Shown: positions 24,594 through 35,571 of the stretch, piece by piece
Position numbering within the stretch: position 1 is the stretch's first letter
Layout: each line of letters opens with the position of its first letter
From: an uncultured Bifidobacteriaceae bacterium
Lineage (GTDB): Bacteria; Acidobacteriota; Vicinamibacteria; Vicinamibacterales; UBA2999
Assembly (NCBI GenBank): GCA_964574545.1
Contig: CAZNOC010000004.1
Coordinates: 1-53,930, forward strand
DNA length: 53,930 nucleotides
Direction of reading: 5' to 3'
The notes under the pieces: generated by a model
Told to the model about the DNA's origin: nothing
Seen by the model: the letters and a program-made list of their open reading frames with translations, nothing else
Database searches by the model: none
Made by a program: the position numbers and the translations under genes

Positions 24594-26295
24594 CGGGCCC
24601 CGCTGGCGTCGCCAGCCCGTAGGCCGCGAGCACGCGCTCCCGGCGAAGCACGCCGAGCACGCGCGTCGGTGCCCCTCGCCCGACAACGGCGATGACGGGG
24701 TGCACGCCAAGCAGTTCCAGGGCATCGTCGAGCCGATCGTCGGGGTGGAGTTCCTCCAGGGCGTGGTCGCGCGCAAGCTGCGCGAGTGGCGTCTGATCGC
24801 CGAGCGGCGGGTCCCCCACGGGCACCCTGACGAGCCGCTCGCCATCGTCGCCCCCGTCCACGATCAGGAACTCGAGCGGTGCGCCACTGTGCTGGCGTCG
24901 CACGTGTCCGAGCGTGGCGGCCCGCGCGGCTCGCGGGTAGTCGGCCGCGGACATCAGCCGCTCCACGGGGCGAGAGCGGCGCTCCCGGCCCTCGGCTGTC
25001 GGGAACCGGGCGCCGTCCTGCCGGGTCAGGCCCTCGAAGAGGGACTGGGTCTGCAGGCTTCGCGACACGAGGTACGAGACGGTGTTGGCGACCATCACCG
25101 GCAGGATGATCACGTAGGTGGCGCTGACCTCGAAGACCATGAAGATCGACGTCATCGGCGTCCGGAACACGGCGGCGAAGAACGTGCCCATGCCGACAAG
25201 CACGTACGCGCTGGCGGGGCTCGTCGGCGCCGGCCAGTAGCCGGCGGCGAGCCCGCCGATCCCCCCGCCGAGCATCGCCCCCACGAAGAGCGTCGGCGCA
25301 AAGAGCCCGCCAGGCACGCCTGCCGAGAAGCACACCGCGGTGAGGATGGCCTTGGCGACGCCAAGCGCGAGCAGCAGGTGCCAGGGGAACTCGTCGTGCA
25401 ACGCGGCGTCGATGGCGCCGTAGCCGGCGCCAAGCACTTGCGGCAGCAGCAGTCCCGTGAGGCCGACCGCGAGCCCGGCGGCCAGCGGGAGAAGAGGGGC
25501 CGTCCACGGTGAGGCGCGACGCGCGCGGGCTCTGAATGCCAGCAGCCCCCGGGTGTAAATCGCCCCCGCCAACCCTCCGGCCAGCCCGATACCGGCGTAC
25601 AGGACCAGCTCGGACGGATCGGTGAGCGTGAAGCTCGGGACCTGGAACAAGGGTTCGTCGCCGAGGAAGCTGCGCGTGACCACCGACGCGGACACCGCGG
25701 CAAGAACGATGGATCCGAGCACCCCGGCGTCCCATCCCGACAACACTTCCTCGATGACGAAGAGGACGGCGGTGATCGGGGTGTTGAACGCGGCGGCGAT
25801 CCCGGCCGCGGCGCCGACCGGCGCGATCTGCCGCATGTGATCGCGCGAGAGCCGGAGCGTCCGGCCGAGACGGGACGCCACACCAGCGCCCATCTGGAGC
25901 GCGGGGTCCTCCGGGCCGAGCGGGACGCCCGACCCGATCGAGAGGGCGCAGGCGATGAACTTGCCAATGACGCTGCTCGATGGAATGTAGCCGTCCGAGA
26001 CGTAGATCGCCGACTTGGTGTAGGTGATGCCGGAGCCCTGGGCGGATGGCACCCCGAAACGCACGAGCATCGCAGCGGCCGTGGCGCCGATCGCCGGGCC
26101 CAGAACCGTGGCCCACGGGGAGGCCCCGATGGGCGTGCCGAGGATGCGCCACGAGAGCATGTCGATGGTGACGTGAAAGATCGTGACCAGAAGTCCCGCG
26201 AAGAGGCCGATGAGGATCGACAGGAGCAGGTACCGTTGGGTGTCGCCGAGGCGCCACGCCGGCCGGAGGTCGTTGAACGACGGCGCCGGCGTCAT
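24568..26295 (-). CDS. ClC-family chloride channel / Cl-/H+ antiporter with C-terminal CBS pair
   Basis: ClC motifs GSGI(T), GPEDP, GVPGGLFAPTLFVGAMLG. C-terminal CBS-like VIAVVGRGAPTRVLGVLRRERVLAAYG. ATG 26295 has GGGAGA upstream and overlaps the TPR-gene TGA (ATGA). Confidence 0.9.
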   Translation of the reverse strand: MTPAPSFNDLRPAWRLGDTQRYLLLSILIGLFAGLLVTIFHVTIDMLSWRILGTPIGASPWATVLGPAIGATAAAMLVRFGVPSAQGSGITYTKSAIYVSDGYIPSSSVIGKFIACALSIGSGVPLGPEDPALQMGAGVASRLGRTLRLSRDHMRQIAPVGAAAGIAAAFNTPITAVLFVIEEVLSGWDAGVLGSIVLAAVSASVVTRSFLGDEPLFQVPSFTLTDPSELVLYAGIGLAGGLAGAIYTRGLLAFRARARRASPWTAPLLPLAAGLAVGLTGLLLPQVLGAGYGAIDAALHDEFPWHLLLALGVAKAILTAVCFSAGVPGGLFAPTLFVGAMLGGGIGGLAAGYWPAPTSPASAYVLVGMGTFFAAVFRTPMTSIFMVFEVSATYVIILPVMVANTVSYLVSRSLQTQSLFEGLTRQDGARFPTAEGRERRSRPVERLMSAADYPRAARAATLGHVRRQHSGAPLEFLIVDGGDDGERLVRVPVGDPPLGDQTPLAQLARDHALEELHPDDRLDDALELLGVHPVIAVVGRGAPTRVLGVLRRERVLAAYGLATPAGPVTGQRDAT

Positions 26296-27407
26296 CGGGG
26301 CGTCTCCCGTGAGGCGAGGGACGCCATGACCAACGCGAGCGCGTCGTACTCGGCAGGCCACTCGTCACACCGGGATGCGCGCGTCTGCCAGAGCTGCTCG
26401 ATCACGGGCAGGACCACCTCTTCGTCGATCCTCGCGATGGGCAGGGCGAGCAGCTCGCCGGCCTGTTCGCGGAGGCGGCCAGGTTCCGCGTCGATCACGC
26501 AGCCGTCGAAGGCGGCCGCCGACAGGGCCAGGAGCTGCTGCCACCTTCGCAACCGCTCGCGGGTCGCCAGACGGGGCTGGGAGGGATCGAGGGCAAGGAC
26601 GGCGGCGCTGGTGTCCGCGATTCGCCGTGCGTCCTGGTCATCAGGTGCGAGCTCCGTGGCCCTCAATGCGGTCAGCCGGGCGGTCGCGAAGTTCCGCGTG
26701 GCAAAGTGCGCGTCGGCGAGGGTGCGCCACGCGTCCGCGTGCTCCGGGTCGCGTTCAACCGCCCGCTCGAGCGGCGCGACGGCATCGCCTGCGGCGCCGG
26801 CTTGCAGTAGAAGGGCGCCCAGCCGGACCAGAAGTTCGGGCGAATCCGGGATGTCGGTCGAGAGCTGCGAAAGCACGCCCACTGCGCGGACGTCCTCGCC
26901 GCGTCCCAGCAGGTACTCCGCAAGTTCGAAGCCGACAAGGGCGCGCTGCTGCAGCCCTTCCGGCCAGACGCCAAACCAGGCGCGCTGATAGAAGACCTCG
27001 GCGCCCGCAGAGTCGCCGAGCGCCCGTGCGACCTGCGCCTGCGTCAGGTTCGTGATGCCGCTCGTGGGGTCGAGCGCCAGGACGCCGTCGAGATAGCTCT
27101 GGGCTTCGCGCGGGGCGCCTGCGGCGGCGAGCGCGCGGGCCAGGAGGCGGGCGTAGTCGGCGTTGCCGCGGTCCAGCGCAATCGCGGCCCGCAGCTCGGT
27201 GATGCCCGGCTCGAGCTGTCCTGCCTCGACCAGCACGCGTCCTCGCGTGAAGTGACCGTCGGCGCGTGCCGCCTTGGCGCCGTGATACTGCTGGCCAAGC
27301 CAGGCGGTGCCCGCGAAGACCGCCGCGAGCAGCGTCAACACCAGGACGTACACATGGAGGGGCGGGCCGGTCGCAGGGATGGACGAAGTCCCGCCGGCGC
27401 CGGTCAT
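26292..27407 (-). CDS. TPR-repeat protein with one N-terminal TM anchor
   Basis: N-terminal LHVYVLVLTLLAAVFAGTAWL, followed by repeated Ala/Leu-rich TPR-like units (..GNADYARLLARALAAAG..). ATGA overlaps on both sides. Confidence 0.75.
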   Translation of the reverse strand: MTGAGGTSSIPATGPPLHVYVLVLTLLAAVFAGTAWLGQQYHGAKAARADGHFTRGRVLVEAGQLEPGITELRAAIALDRGNADYARLLARALAAAGAPREAQSYLDGVLALDPTSGITNLTQAQVARALGDSAGAEVFYQRAWFGVWPEGLQQRALVGFELAEYLLGRGEDVRAVGVLSQLSTDIPDSPELLVRLGALLLQAGAAGDAVAPLERAVERDPEHADAWRTLADAHFATRNFATARLTALRATELAPDDQDARRIADTSAAVLALDPSQPRLATRERLRRWQQLLALSAAAFDGCVIDAEPGRLREQAGELLALPIARIDEEVVLPVIEQLWQTRASRCDEWPAEYDALALVMASLASRETPR

Positions 27408-28189
27408 CGAAGCACCGCCAGCATCACAGCGAGCGTCATCACGAAGACGACAATCAGCGACCAGCCGATCTCGCGCAGGCGGCGCGCCGGCACGGGGGCC
27501 GCCATGAGCGCGAGGGCGGCCACGCACGACGGCAGCAGCGTGAGGACAAGGCCCTGCGGCGTCACGCCGGCCCGGCTCAGCAGGACGGCGGTCGCCGGGC
27601 CCCCGATCGACAGCACCAGGCCGCTGGCCAGCACCGGCCAGTACGGGCGTCGGGTCGCGCGCGCGATCACCACATGAACCGCACACGTGGCTGCCGAGAA
27701 GGCCAGGCTCCAGACCGCCCAGGTCGTGAGCGCGTCGCGCCACGAGAGGCCGGCGGCGAGTGAGGTCGGGACGCTCCACGCCGATAACGCGACGGCCGCC
27801 AGCGTCTCTCCTCCCATCGTCCGCTCCTGCCCCTTCCACGCGACGATGATGGCCAGGCTCGATAGACCCGCGGCGATGGCGAGTCCGACCCAGGCTGCGG
27901 CCGTCAGCCCCGTGAGCGCCAGCATCGCGCCTGCGACGGCGAGCCCGCCGAAGAGCGCGACCGAACGCCACGCCGGCCTCGCGTGCTCACGCGCCGCGCG
28001 CGGGCCACGCCGTCCCAGCAGCACCACGAACCCCTCGTGGGCAAGGTAGCCGCCGAGGGCCGTTGCGGCAATGCCCCACGCGGCAGGGCCAGCGGACCCG
28101 AGCCCAAGAGCGGCAGTCAGCGGGAGGAGGATCTCCCCGTACGTGCCGTGCTCCTTCGGCAGCAGCACGACTGGCGATGCGCGGCGCAC
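27404..28189 (-). CDS. YwiC-like family integral membrane protein
   Basis: N-terminal LPKEHGTYGE resembles the YwiC-like PKxHGxW start. About 8 hydrophobic segments. GTG start. Confidence 0.65.
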   Translation of the reverse strand: MRRASPVVLLPKEHGTYGEILLPLTAALGLGSAGPAAWGIAATALGGYLAHEGFVVLLGRRGPRAAREHARPAWRSVALFGGLAVAGAMLALTGLTAAAWVGLAIAAGLSSLAIIVAWKGQERTMGGETLAAVALSAWSVPTSLAAGLSWRDALTTWAVWSLAFSAATCAVHVVIARATRRPYWPVLASGLVLSIGGPATAVLLSRAGVTPQGLVLTLLPSCVAALALMAAPVPARRLREIGWSLIVVFVMTLAVMLAVLR

Positions 28190-28256
28190 AGCCTAAGTTC
28201 TACCACGCGAACCGATCCACGGCGCGTCGCAGGGCGGCGGATCGATCGGATGTCGA

Positions 28257-29693
28257 TCAGAGGAGGAGAAAACACGCAGCCGAGATGAGCGTGGGCACGA
28301 CCGCGCCCGCCAGCAGCCCGAGCGGTGAAATCCCGCCGTGGAAGTACTTCGACAGCAGGGCCTGCCCGGCCGGGTTCGGCGCGTTGGCGATCACCGTGAG
28401 GCCGCCGCCCGTGACCGCGCCGGCCACGATCGCGTACTTGAGCGCGTCGTTGAGGTCTGGCACGAGCGTCGCGAGGTAGGTGATCAGGGCGTTGTCGTTG
28501 AACGCCGTCAGCACGACCGCGCCGGTGAAAAGGGGCACGTCGGTCAGCGTTCCGAGGACCGGCGCGATCCACCACGCCTGGAGCCCTCCGTGGATGACGA
28601 GCCCCGCGAGGAAGAATCCGACGAGCATGGGCGGCCCGAGATCGATGGGCGTCTGGTACGGCTCGGTTGTCTTCGCAAAGCCCAGGAAGAACAGGAACCC
28701 GCCGACGAAGAGGACCGGGTAGTGGGCGAGCGCGACCGTCCACGCCAGCGCGGCCATGTGCGCGAGGACGACCCAGGCCGGGATGGTCTCGCGAGCCTCT
28801 GGCGCCACGAGGCGCTCGTGCACCGACGGTTCCGCTGGGGACGACAACCGCTGCAGCTCCCGCCGGAACACCCCGTAGTGCAGCAGGTTGGCGATCGCGA
28901 TCGCGATGCAGGCCTTCCAGCCGAAGTTGGAGGCCATGTGGACGAGCGACCAGTCCCACGTGCGGGCCACCATCAGGACGGGCGGCGCCGCGAAGTGGGT
29001 CAACGTGCCGCCGATCGAGATGTTGCAGAACAGCAGACCGAGCGTGGCGTACTGCAGGGTCAGGCTGGGGGCATGGGCGTAGAACTGCCGGCCGAGCAGC
29101 ATCGCGCTGATGGTCATGGCGGCCGGCTCGGTGATGAGCGAGCCCAGCAGCGGCCCGACGGTCAGGATCGTCACCCACCACGCTGCCGGCGTGCCCCCGC
29201 CGAGGTCCGCGACACGGCGCAGCGCGCCCTGGGCGAAGTTGACGATCGGCTTCGAGGCCGCGATCGCCATCACGACGACCACGAACATCGGTTCGGTGAA
29301 GTTGACCGCGTCGGAGAGATAGTGGACCGCCGTGTCCCAGTCGAAGAACCACACGACGGCGGCCAGGACCGGGACGACCCACAGCCCGAACACCACTTCG
29401 ATCTCGCCAAGAAAGTGCAACACCTCCGCCCGAAAGGAGATCTGCGGCTCGAGACCCTGGGCGTAGCGCTGCTGATCGGCACGGTGCTGCACCTCGTGGG
29501 ACCAGACGGCGAAGCGCTTGGCGAAGAACGTGTGGGCGACGGCCAGCAGGAAGATGCCCGTGACGACCACGTTGAAGGGGTGCAACTCCGCGCGCGCGAC
29601 GAGAACGTCGAACAACGCGGCGCCGTCCTGGGTGGGGTACTGATCGAGCGGCGGCGGAAAGGGTATGGATGAGGCTTCCGGGGCTGCGGACAT
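28257..29693 (-). CDS. Putative Na+/H+ antiporter, DUF1504 (Na_H_antiport_2) family
   Basis: 478 aa polytopic protein. Conserved-looking blocks: FTEPMFVVVVMAIAASKPI, GSLITEPAAMTISAMLL, AFNDNALITYLA, VIANAPNPAG. The family assignment is from memory. Confidence 0.75.
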   Translation of the reverse strand: MSAAPEASSIPFPPPLDQYPTQDGAALFDVLVARAELHPFNVVVTGIFLLAVAHTFFAKRFAVWSHEVQHRADQQRYAQGLEPQISFRAEVLHFLGEIEVVFGLWVVPVLAAVVWFFDWDTAVHYLSDAVNFTEPMFVVVVMAIAASKPIVNFAQGALRRVADLGGGTPAAWWVTILTVGPLLGSLITEPAAMTISAMLLGRQFYAHAPSLTLQYATLGLLFCNISIGGTLTHFAAPPVLMVARTWDWSLVHMASNFGWKACIAIAIANLLHYGVFRRELQRLSSPAEPSVHERLVAPEARETIPAWVVLAHMAALAWTVALAHYPVLFVGGFLFFLGFAKTTEPYQTPIDLGPPMLVGFFLAGLVIHGGLQAWWIAPVLGTLTDVPLFTGAVVLTAFNDNALITYLATLVPDLNDALKYAIVAGAVTGGGLTVIANAPNPAGQALLSKYFHGGISPLGLLAGAVVPTLISAACFLLL

Positions 29694-29737
29694 GAGCTGG
29701 ACGCCCTACTGTAGCAGAGGGACCGGCGTCCGACGGC

Positions 29738-30127
29738 TCAGGATGACGGCGCCGACGGCGTCTCGCGGCCGGACGACAGCGTCCTGGCCTGCCGGTCGTA
29801 CTGACCGTGCAGGTCGTCCCGTTTGGTGCCCTTCCAGAGCGGCGTCCCGGACAGATACGCGGCCCGCCCAATCATGTGCGCGGCGACGGGCGTGGTCAGC
29901 AGCAGGAAGATCGTGCCAGCCAGCGCCCGGACGCCGATGCCGACGTCGGCCGACGCCACGCCGAGTGCCAGCAGCAGGCACGACGCGCCGAGCGAGGACG
30001 CCTTGGACGTGGCCGACATGCGCAGAAAGACGTCGGGCAGGCGCAGGGTGCCGACCGCTGCGATCAGCAACAGCGCCGTGCCCGTCGTCACAAGCCCGAT
30101 GACGGCCATCGTGCGCAGCAGGTCCAT
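29738..30127 (-). CDS. mrpG: Mrp/Mnh Na+/H+ antiporter subunit G
   Basis: Last gene of the mrp row. GTLRLPDVFLRMSATSKASSLG motif. TGATG overlap with mrpF. Confidence 0.85.
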   Translation of the reverse strand: MDLLRTMAVIGLVTTGTALLLIAAVGTLRLPDVFLRMSATSKASSLGASCLLLALGVASADVGIGVRALAGTIFLLLTTPVAAHMIGRAAYLSGTPLWKGTKRDDLHGQYDRQARTLSSGRETPSAPSS

Positions 30128-30390
30128 CACACGCCTCGCTCGATGTAACGGGCGAACGCCACCGTGCCCAGGAACCCGATCAGCGCGACGGCGAGCGCCA
30201 CGTCCACCAGCATGTGCTCGTCGACCGCGAGCGCGAATGCCGCGACGAACCCGATGCAGATGGCGCCCAGCAGGTCGAGCGCCACCGCCCGGTCCGCCAG
30301 GCTGGGTCCGCGCAGCATGCGGATCGTGGCGCAGACCGCGCTCACGGCCAGCGCCGGCATGACGGCCCACAGCAGGAACTGCGTCACCAT
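30127..30390 (-). CDS. mrpF: Mrp/Mnh antiporter subunit F
   Basis: 87 aa with 3 TM segments. IRMLRGPSLADRAVALDLL motif typical of MnhF. 1-nt overlaps on both sides. Confidence 0.85.
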   Translation of the reverse strand: MVTQFLLWAVMPALAVSAVCATIRMLRGPSLADRAVALDLLGAICIGFVAAFALAVDEHMLVDVALAVALIGFLGTVAFARYIERGV

Positions 30391-30863
30391 TATGCGTAGA
30401 TCTCCCGCACGCCACGCTCGAACGCCTTGATCGACGCCAGCGCCGCGTCCGGATGGCTCAGGTCGAGGACGTGCACGAACAACGTATGCCGGTCGTTCGA
30501 GATGTCGAGCGACAAGGTGCCCGGGGTCAGCGTGAGCAGGTTCGCCAGGGCCGTGATTTCTGCGTCGCTTTCGAGATCCACCGGCACGGCGATGATGCCG
30601 GGCGTGAGCTGATCCAGCGGTGTGAAGAGCACGGAACGTGCCACCCTCAGGTTCGACAGCACGAGCGCCCAGATCACCACGAACGGGAACCGAAAGAGCG
30701 CCCAGGACAGGCTCAGCCGTTTCGCGCTCCGTCGGGCCGGCACGGCCAGCCGCATGGCGCCGATGCCGAGCAACACGCCAACGCCGAGGTTGAACAGCGA
30801 GAACTGGCCCGTGAGGGCGACCCAGATCACGGCGAGCAACAACGCAATCGGAATGCCTGTCAT
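30390..30863 (-). CDS. mrpE: Mrp/Mnh antiporter subunit E
   Basis: 157 aa. [17 protein letters not shown] motif. ATGA overlap with mrpD. Confidence 0.85.
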   Translation of the reverse strand: MTGIPIALLLAVIWVALTGQFSLFNLGVGVLLGIGAMRLAVPARRSAKRLSLSWALFRFPFVVIWALVLSNLRVARSVLFTPLDQLTPGIIAVPVDLESDAEITALANLLTLTPGTLSLDISNDRHTLFVHVLDLSHPDAALASIKAFERGVREIYA

Positions 30864-32356
30864 GGACGTCCCTCCAGCACCGCTCGCACGTACTCGGACG
30901 GGTCGAGCAACTGGTCCGCGGCTCGGAGCGACAGCGCCAGCACGGGTTCCGCGCCCAGGCCCACCAGGATCGTCAACAGGGCCAGGGCGGCCACCGGCAG
31001 GATCAGGCCACGCCAGGCGCCAGGTCCAATCGTCGCCTCTGCCGGGTCGGGCGGCGTCTTCCAGAACGCCTCCGTCCAGAGCTTCGTCATCGAATACAAG
31101 GTCAGCAGGCTCACGAGCAGGGCCACGAGCACGATCGTATAGGAAGAGGCTTCGAGGCCGGCCTGCACGAGGATGAGTTTGGCCCAGAAGCCCGAGAGCG
31201 GAGGGAGTCCCGCAAGCGACAGTGCCGGCACCAGGAAGAGCAGGCTCAGAATGGGGCGTGTCCGGTAGAGCCCGCCGAGCGCTGGCAGGTCGAGCGTTCC
31301 CTTCAGCCGCAGGACGATGCCGCTGATCAGGAACAGGTTGGTCTTCACGATGATGTGGTGCGCGAGGTAGAAGACCGTGCCCGCGAGGGCGAGCCGCGTG
31401 TAGAGGCCGAGGCCCATCAGCATATAGCCGATCTGGCTGATGATGTGGAACGACAGCACCCGGCGAAACTCGCCCTGCGCCGCGGCCCCGAGCACCCCCG
31501 ACACCATGGTCAGGCCGGAGAGCACGAGAATGAGGCCGTGGGTGACGCCGGTCTCGTGCGTGAAGATCAGCGTGAACACCCGCACGAGGGCGTACACGCC
31601 CACCTTCGTGAGCAGGCCGGCAAAGATCGCCGACACCACGACCGGCGGGGTGTGGTACGACGCCGGGAGCCAGGCGAAGACCGGGAAGATCGCCGCCTTG
31701 ATGCCGAACGCCACCAGAAACAGCATCGCGATCGCCATGATCAGCCGGCTGTCGAATCGCGAATCCTGCAGCACCACGGACAGGTCCGCCATGTTGAGGG
31801 TCCCGGCGGTGTGGTAGAGCACGCCCACGGCGGCGAGAAAGATCGCGGACGAGAGCAGATTGAGCGTGACGTACTTGACCGACCCTTCGAGCTGCTTGCG
31901 TTCCCCGCCGAGCCCCATCAGCACGAACGACGAGATCAGAAGCACCTCGAACCAGACGTACAAGTTGAAGAGATCTCCCGTCAGGAACGCGCCGCACACG
32001 CCGGCCAGCAGCACGTGGTACAGGGGGTGGTACCCGTACGCCTCCCGTCGCGCGTCGATCGAGACGATCGAGTACGCGGCCACGGCCGCTCCCACGATGC
32101 CGGTCACCGAGACCATCACCGCGCTCAGCAGATCGGCGACCAGGGTGATGCCGAACGGCGCCGGCCAGCGGCCGATGGCGGTCGCCTGGATGCCCTCGCT
32201 CCAGATCCAGGCGAGCAGCGTGAGCGCCGACGCCAGCAGCCCGATGGCTCCGGCGAGGCTGACGAGGCGTTGCGCTCCCCGGTGGCGCCAGAGAAACAGC
32301 GCCAACGTCGCCGTGGCGAGCGGCATCAGGATGGGGAGAATCAGCAGCAGATGCAT
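30860..32356 (-). CDS. mrpD: Mrp/Mnh antiporter subunit D (NuoN/NuoM-like)
   Basis: 498 aa from [13 protein letters not shown]-quinone oxidoreductase chain M/N-like proton-pumping fold ([25 protein letters not shown]). Confidence 0.9.
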   Translation of the reverse strand: MHLLLILPILMPLATATLALFLWRHRGAQRLVSLAGAIGLLASALTLLAWIWSEGIQATAIGRWPAPFGITLVADLLSAVMVSVTGIVGAAVAAYSIVSIDARREAYGYHPLYHVLLAGVCGAFLTGDLFNLYVWFEVLLISSFVLMGLGGERKQLEGSVKYVTLNLLSSAIFLAAVGVLYHTAGTLNMADLSVVLQDSRFDSRLIMAIAMLFLVAFGIKAAIFPVFAWLPASYHTPPVVVSAIFAGLLTKVGVYALVRVFTLIFTHETGVTHGLILVLSGLTMVSGVLGAAAQGEFRRVLSFHIISQIGYMLMGLGLYTRLALAGTVFYLAHHIIVKTNLFLISGIVLRLKGTLDLPALGGLYRTRPILSLLFLVPALSLAGLPPLSGFWAKLILVQAGLEASSYTIVLVALLVSLLTLYSMTKLWTEAFWKTPPDPAEATIGPGAWRGLILPVAALALLTILVGLGAEPVLALSLRAADQLLDPSEYVRAVLEGRP

Positions 32357-32706
32357 CAGTGCGCGTCCGTGGTGCGCATCTCGTCGAGGTTCTCTGCGCC
32401 GCACCTGCGGTGGGCCTGGCGGAACAGGACCAGCGCGAACGCCTGGAGCCCGAAGCCGATGACGATCGCGGTCAGGATCAGCGCCTGCGGCAGCGGGTCC
32501 GCGAACGGCGCGAGGATCTCGGTGGCGCCCTCCGGCACGATGGGCGGGTTCGACTTGGTGACGCGGCCGGCCGAGAAGATCAAGAGGTTGACGGCGTGCC
32601 CGAGGATCACGAGGCCGAAGATGAGCCGCACGATGCTGCGGCGCATCATCAAGTAGAGGCCGGCGGCGTAGAGCGCGCCGATGAGCAGGGCCAGCACCGT
32701 GTCCAT
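32356..32706 (-). CDS. mrpC: Mrp/Mnh antiporter subunit C (NuoK-like)
   Basis: 116 aa with 3 TM segments. [17 protein letters not shown]. Confidence 0.9.
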   Translation of the reverse strand: MDTVLALLIGALYAAGLYLMMRRSIVRLIFGLVILGHAVNLLIFSAGRVTKSNPPIVPEGATEILAPFADPLPQALILTAIVIGFGLQAFALVLFRQAHRRCGAENLDEMRTTDAH

Positions 32707-33116
32707 CAGTCGTCCTCCTCGAGCGCGAAGAGCATGGTCAGGGCCACGGCCAGCACGGTCAGGTAGACGCCGACGTCAAACACGAGGGGCGTCCCCACCT
32801 TGCCCACCACGGGCAGCGGCAGGTCCAGCCAGTACCCGGTGAGGAACGGGTCGCCGACAAGCAGTCCGGCGACGCCGCTGCCGAGCGCGAGGGCGAGCCC
32901 CACCGCCAGCAGCAGGTGGGGATCGACGCGCAACGCCCGGCGCGCGGTGCCGACACCCTCGGCGAGCGAGGCGAGCGCGAAGGCGACTGCCGCGACCAGC
33001 CCCCCCACGAATCCACCGCCGGGCGCGTTGTGCCCGCGCATCAGCAGGTACACCGAAAACACGAGGGTGAGCGGCATGATCGCGCGAGCCGTGGTCGAGA
33101 GAATCAGCGAGAACAT
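32706..33116 (-). CDS. mrpB: Mrp/Mnh antiporter subunit B
   Basis: 136 aa. [17 protein letters not shown] motif characteristic of MnhB. Confidence 0.9.
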   Translation of the reverse strand: MFSLILSTTARAIMPLTLVFSVYLLMRGHNAPGGGFVGGLVAAVAFALASLAEGVGTARRALRVDPHLLLAVGLALALGSGVAGLLVGDPFLTGYWLDLPLPVVGKVGTPLVFDVGVYLTVLAVALTMLFALEEDD

Positions 33117-35410
33117 CAGCCAGCCTCTCCGTGCGGCCGGAGCTTGAGCAGCGCGTAGACGCCGAGCGCCGCGACCGCCAGCACGACGATCTCGCCGAGC
33201 GTATCGAGGCTTCGGAAGTCCACCAGGATCACGTTGACGATGTTGCGTCCCATCGCGGCCGGCACCGCCTGCTCCGCGTAGAAGCCGCTGACGCGGGAGT
33301 CGCCCGACTGCGACTGGGCCGCCAGCACGAGCAGCGTCATGACCGCGCCGGCCGAGACGGCGATCACCGCATCACGCGCGCGCTCCGCTCGGGTCGTCAG
33401 GACCTTGAACTCCGGGAGGCGATACAGCACCAGGACGAACACGACGACGCTCAGCGTCTCAATCGCGAACTGTGTCAGCGCCAGATCCGGGGCGCCGTAC
33501 GACAGGTAGATGAGCGCGACGCCGTAGCCTACGCCCCCGAGCCCGGCGACCGCGGCCATGCGGGAGCCCGTGGTCAGCACGAACCCCGTGGACAGCAGGA
33601 CCACCACGACGAGGGCGGCCTCGAACAACCCCACCGGACCGAACGTGAGGCCGCCGATCGGCGAGCCTGGCCACGCCAGCAGCACACCCAGCGGGAGGAG
33701 CGTCAGGACCACCGTCACGATGTAGTAGCGGAGATAGCCGTGCTGGAGGAGGCGCGTCTGCCAGCGGGCGATCGCGACGAATGCCGCGAGGCCGAGGTCG
33801 AACAATCGATAGGGGCCGCGCTGGTAGAGCCAGTCCAGGTTGCGCGCCAGCCGGAGCAACGGACCGTGCGCCCGGTAGAACCCGACGCCGAGGACGAGCG
33901 TCAGGACGCTGAAGCCCAGCGCCACGAGCGCTTCGAACTCGAACCCCTGCCAGAGGGCGAGCTTGACCGGCACCCGCACCCCGGCCATGTCGCTTGCGGC
34001 GTGCGCCACGACGCCTTCGCCCATCCAGCCAAGCACCCCGAGCAGCAGCCCGGCGATCCCGAGCAGGAGCGGCCCCTGCCACAGCGAGACCGGCACCGGG
34101 CCCGGGTCGTCGGGGATGACCTGCCGCTCGCCCGTGAAGATGCGCCACCCGACGACGATGGCCACCAGCATGCCAAACGCGTTGGCCAGCACGGACGCCC
34201 CGAGCAGCCAGGGGAAGTCCAGCAATGCGGCATAGGTGGTTTCCTTGGCCAGGAACCCCGAGAAGGGCACGAGCCCGCCAGCGGAGAGCGACGCGAGGCC
34301 CGCGCCGATCGTCGTGATGGGCAGCGCCGACCGCAGGCCGCTCAGCCGAAGGATGTCGCGCGTGCCGGTCTTGTGATCGACGATGCCGGCCACCATGAAG
34401 AGGGCGGCCTTGTAGAGGGCGTGCGCGCCGAACAGCACGATGGCGGCCTTGAGCGCCGCGGGGGTGCCCAGCCCGATCAGCATGGTCAGCGTGCCGAGCG
34501 CGCTGACCGTGGTGTAGGCCAGCACCCGCTTCAGGTCGGTTTGCTGCGTCGCGAGGAACGCGCTGACGACCATGGTGAGCGTGCCGAACCCCACGAGAAG
34601 GTCCTGCCAGAGGGCCCCACTCGACAGGACGGGGGCGAGGCGCGCGAGCAGGAACACGCCTGCCTTCACCATCGTTGCCGAGTGCAGGTAGGCACTGACC
34701 GGTGTCGGCGCTTCCATGGCGCCCGGCAGCCAGAAGTGCAGCGGCATCTGGGCCGACTTCGTGAAGGCCCCGGCCGCGACGGCGAGCACGATCGCCGGGT
34801 AGAGCGGATGCGCGGCAATGAGTTCCCGGCGGGCCACAAGGACCGAGATGTCGAAGCTGTCCCCGGCGATCCCGAGCATCAGCAGGCCGGCCAGCAGTGC
34901 GAGGCCGCCGGTGGCCGTGACGAGCAGCGCCTGCAGCGCGGCTTTGCGGGCCTTCTCCGACTCGTGCTTGTAGCCGATGAGCAGGTATGACGTGATGCTG
35001 GTGAGTTCCCAGAAGACGAACAGCAGAATCACGTTGGCCGACAGGACGAGGCCCAGCATCGAGGCCATGAACGCGAGGAGCAGCCCATACAGGCGGCCGA
35101 GCCGCGGATCATCCTCGAGGTAGCCGCCCGCATACACGATGATGAGGGTGCCGATGCCGGAGACGAGGAGGGCCACGATCAACGCAAGGCCGTCGAGCTC
35201 GAACGACAGCGCGATGCCGAGGGACGGCACCCACGCGCGGCTCGAGCGAAACACCTCGCCGTTGCTGACGGAGGGCAGGAAGCTCGCGAAGTAGAGGGTG
35301 AGTGCGAGTGGGATCGCCGCCAGGATCCAACCGCAGGCGCGACCCAGTACGCGGTTCGCGACGGGCGCAATCAACGCGCCTGCAAACCCTGCGAGCACGG
35401 CGTACAGCAC
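33116..35410 (-). CDS. mrpA: Mrp/Mnh antiporter subunit A (NuoL-like, with fused C-terminal MnhB-like region)
   Basis: 764 aa. [28 protein letters not shown] (NuoL-type). GTG start. First gene of the A-to-G row, which is linked throughout by 1- or 4-nt overlaps. Confidence 0.92.
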   Translation of the reverse strand: MLYAVLAGFAGALIAPVANRVLGRACGWILAAIPLALTLYFASFLPSVSNGEVFRSSRAWVPSLGIALSFELDGLALIVALLVSGIGTLIIVYAGGYLEDDPRLGRLYGLLLAFMASMLGLVLSANVILLFVFWELTSITSYLLIGYKHESEKARKAALQALLVTATGGLALLAGLLMLGIAGDSFDISVLVARRELIAAHPLYPAIVLAVAAGAFTKSAQMPLHFWLPGAMEAPTPVSAYLHSATMVKAGVFLLARLAPVLSSGALWQDLLVGFGTLTMVVSAFLATQQTDLKRVLAYTTVSALGTLTMLIGLGTPAALKAAIVLFGAHALYKAALFMVAGIVDHKTGTRDILRLSGLRSALPITTIGAGLASLSAGGLVPFSGFLAKETTYAALLDFPWLLGASVLANAFGMLVAIVVGWRIFTGERQVIPDDPGPVPVSLWQGPLLLGIAGLLLGVLGWMGEGVVAHAASDMAGVRVPVKLALWQGFEFEALVALGFSVLTLVLGVGFYRAHGPLLRLARNLDWLYQRGPYRLFDLGLAAFVAIARWQTRLLQHGYLRYYIVTVVLTLLPLGVLLAWPGSPIGGLTFGPVGLFEAALVVVVLLSTGFVLTTGSRMAAVAGLGGVGYGVALIYLSYGAPDLALTQFAIETLSVVVFVLVLYRLPEFKVLTTRAERARDAVIAVSAGAVMTLLVLAAQSQSGDSRVSGFYAEQAVPAAMGRNIVNVILVDFRSLDTLGEIVVLAVAALGVYALLKLRPHGEAG

Positions 35411-35571
35411 GGCCCTAAGCGTACCGGGGATCCCGCCGGCCGCTCAAGGCGAATCGGCGCGTTGCAGGGCCAGGCTCGGTGTGAAGATGATTGACAGCCT
35501 CGGACCGGCTCGGATAAGGACTGAGCGTGCGGATCGCGCGCGGAGCGTCGATGCCAGGGGAGGCCGCGGCC

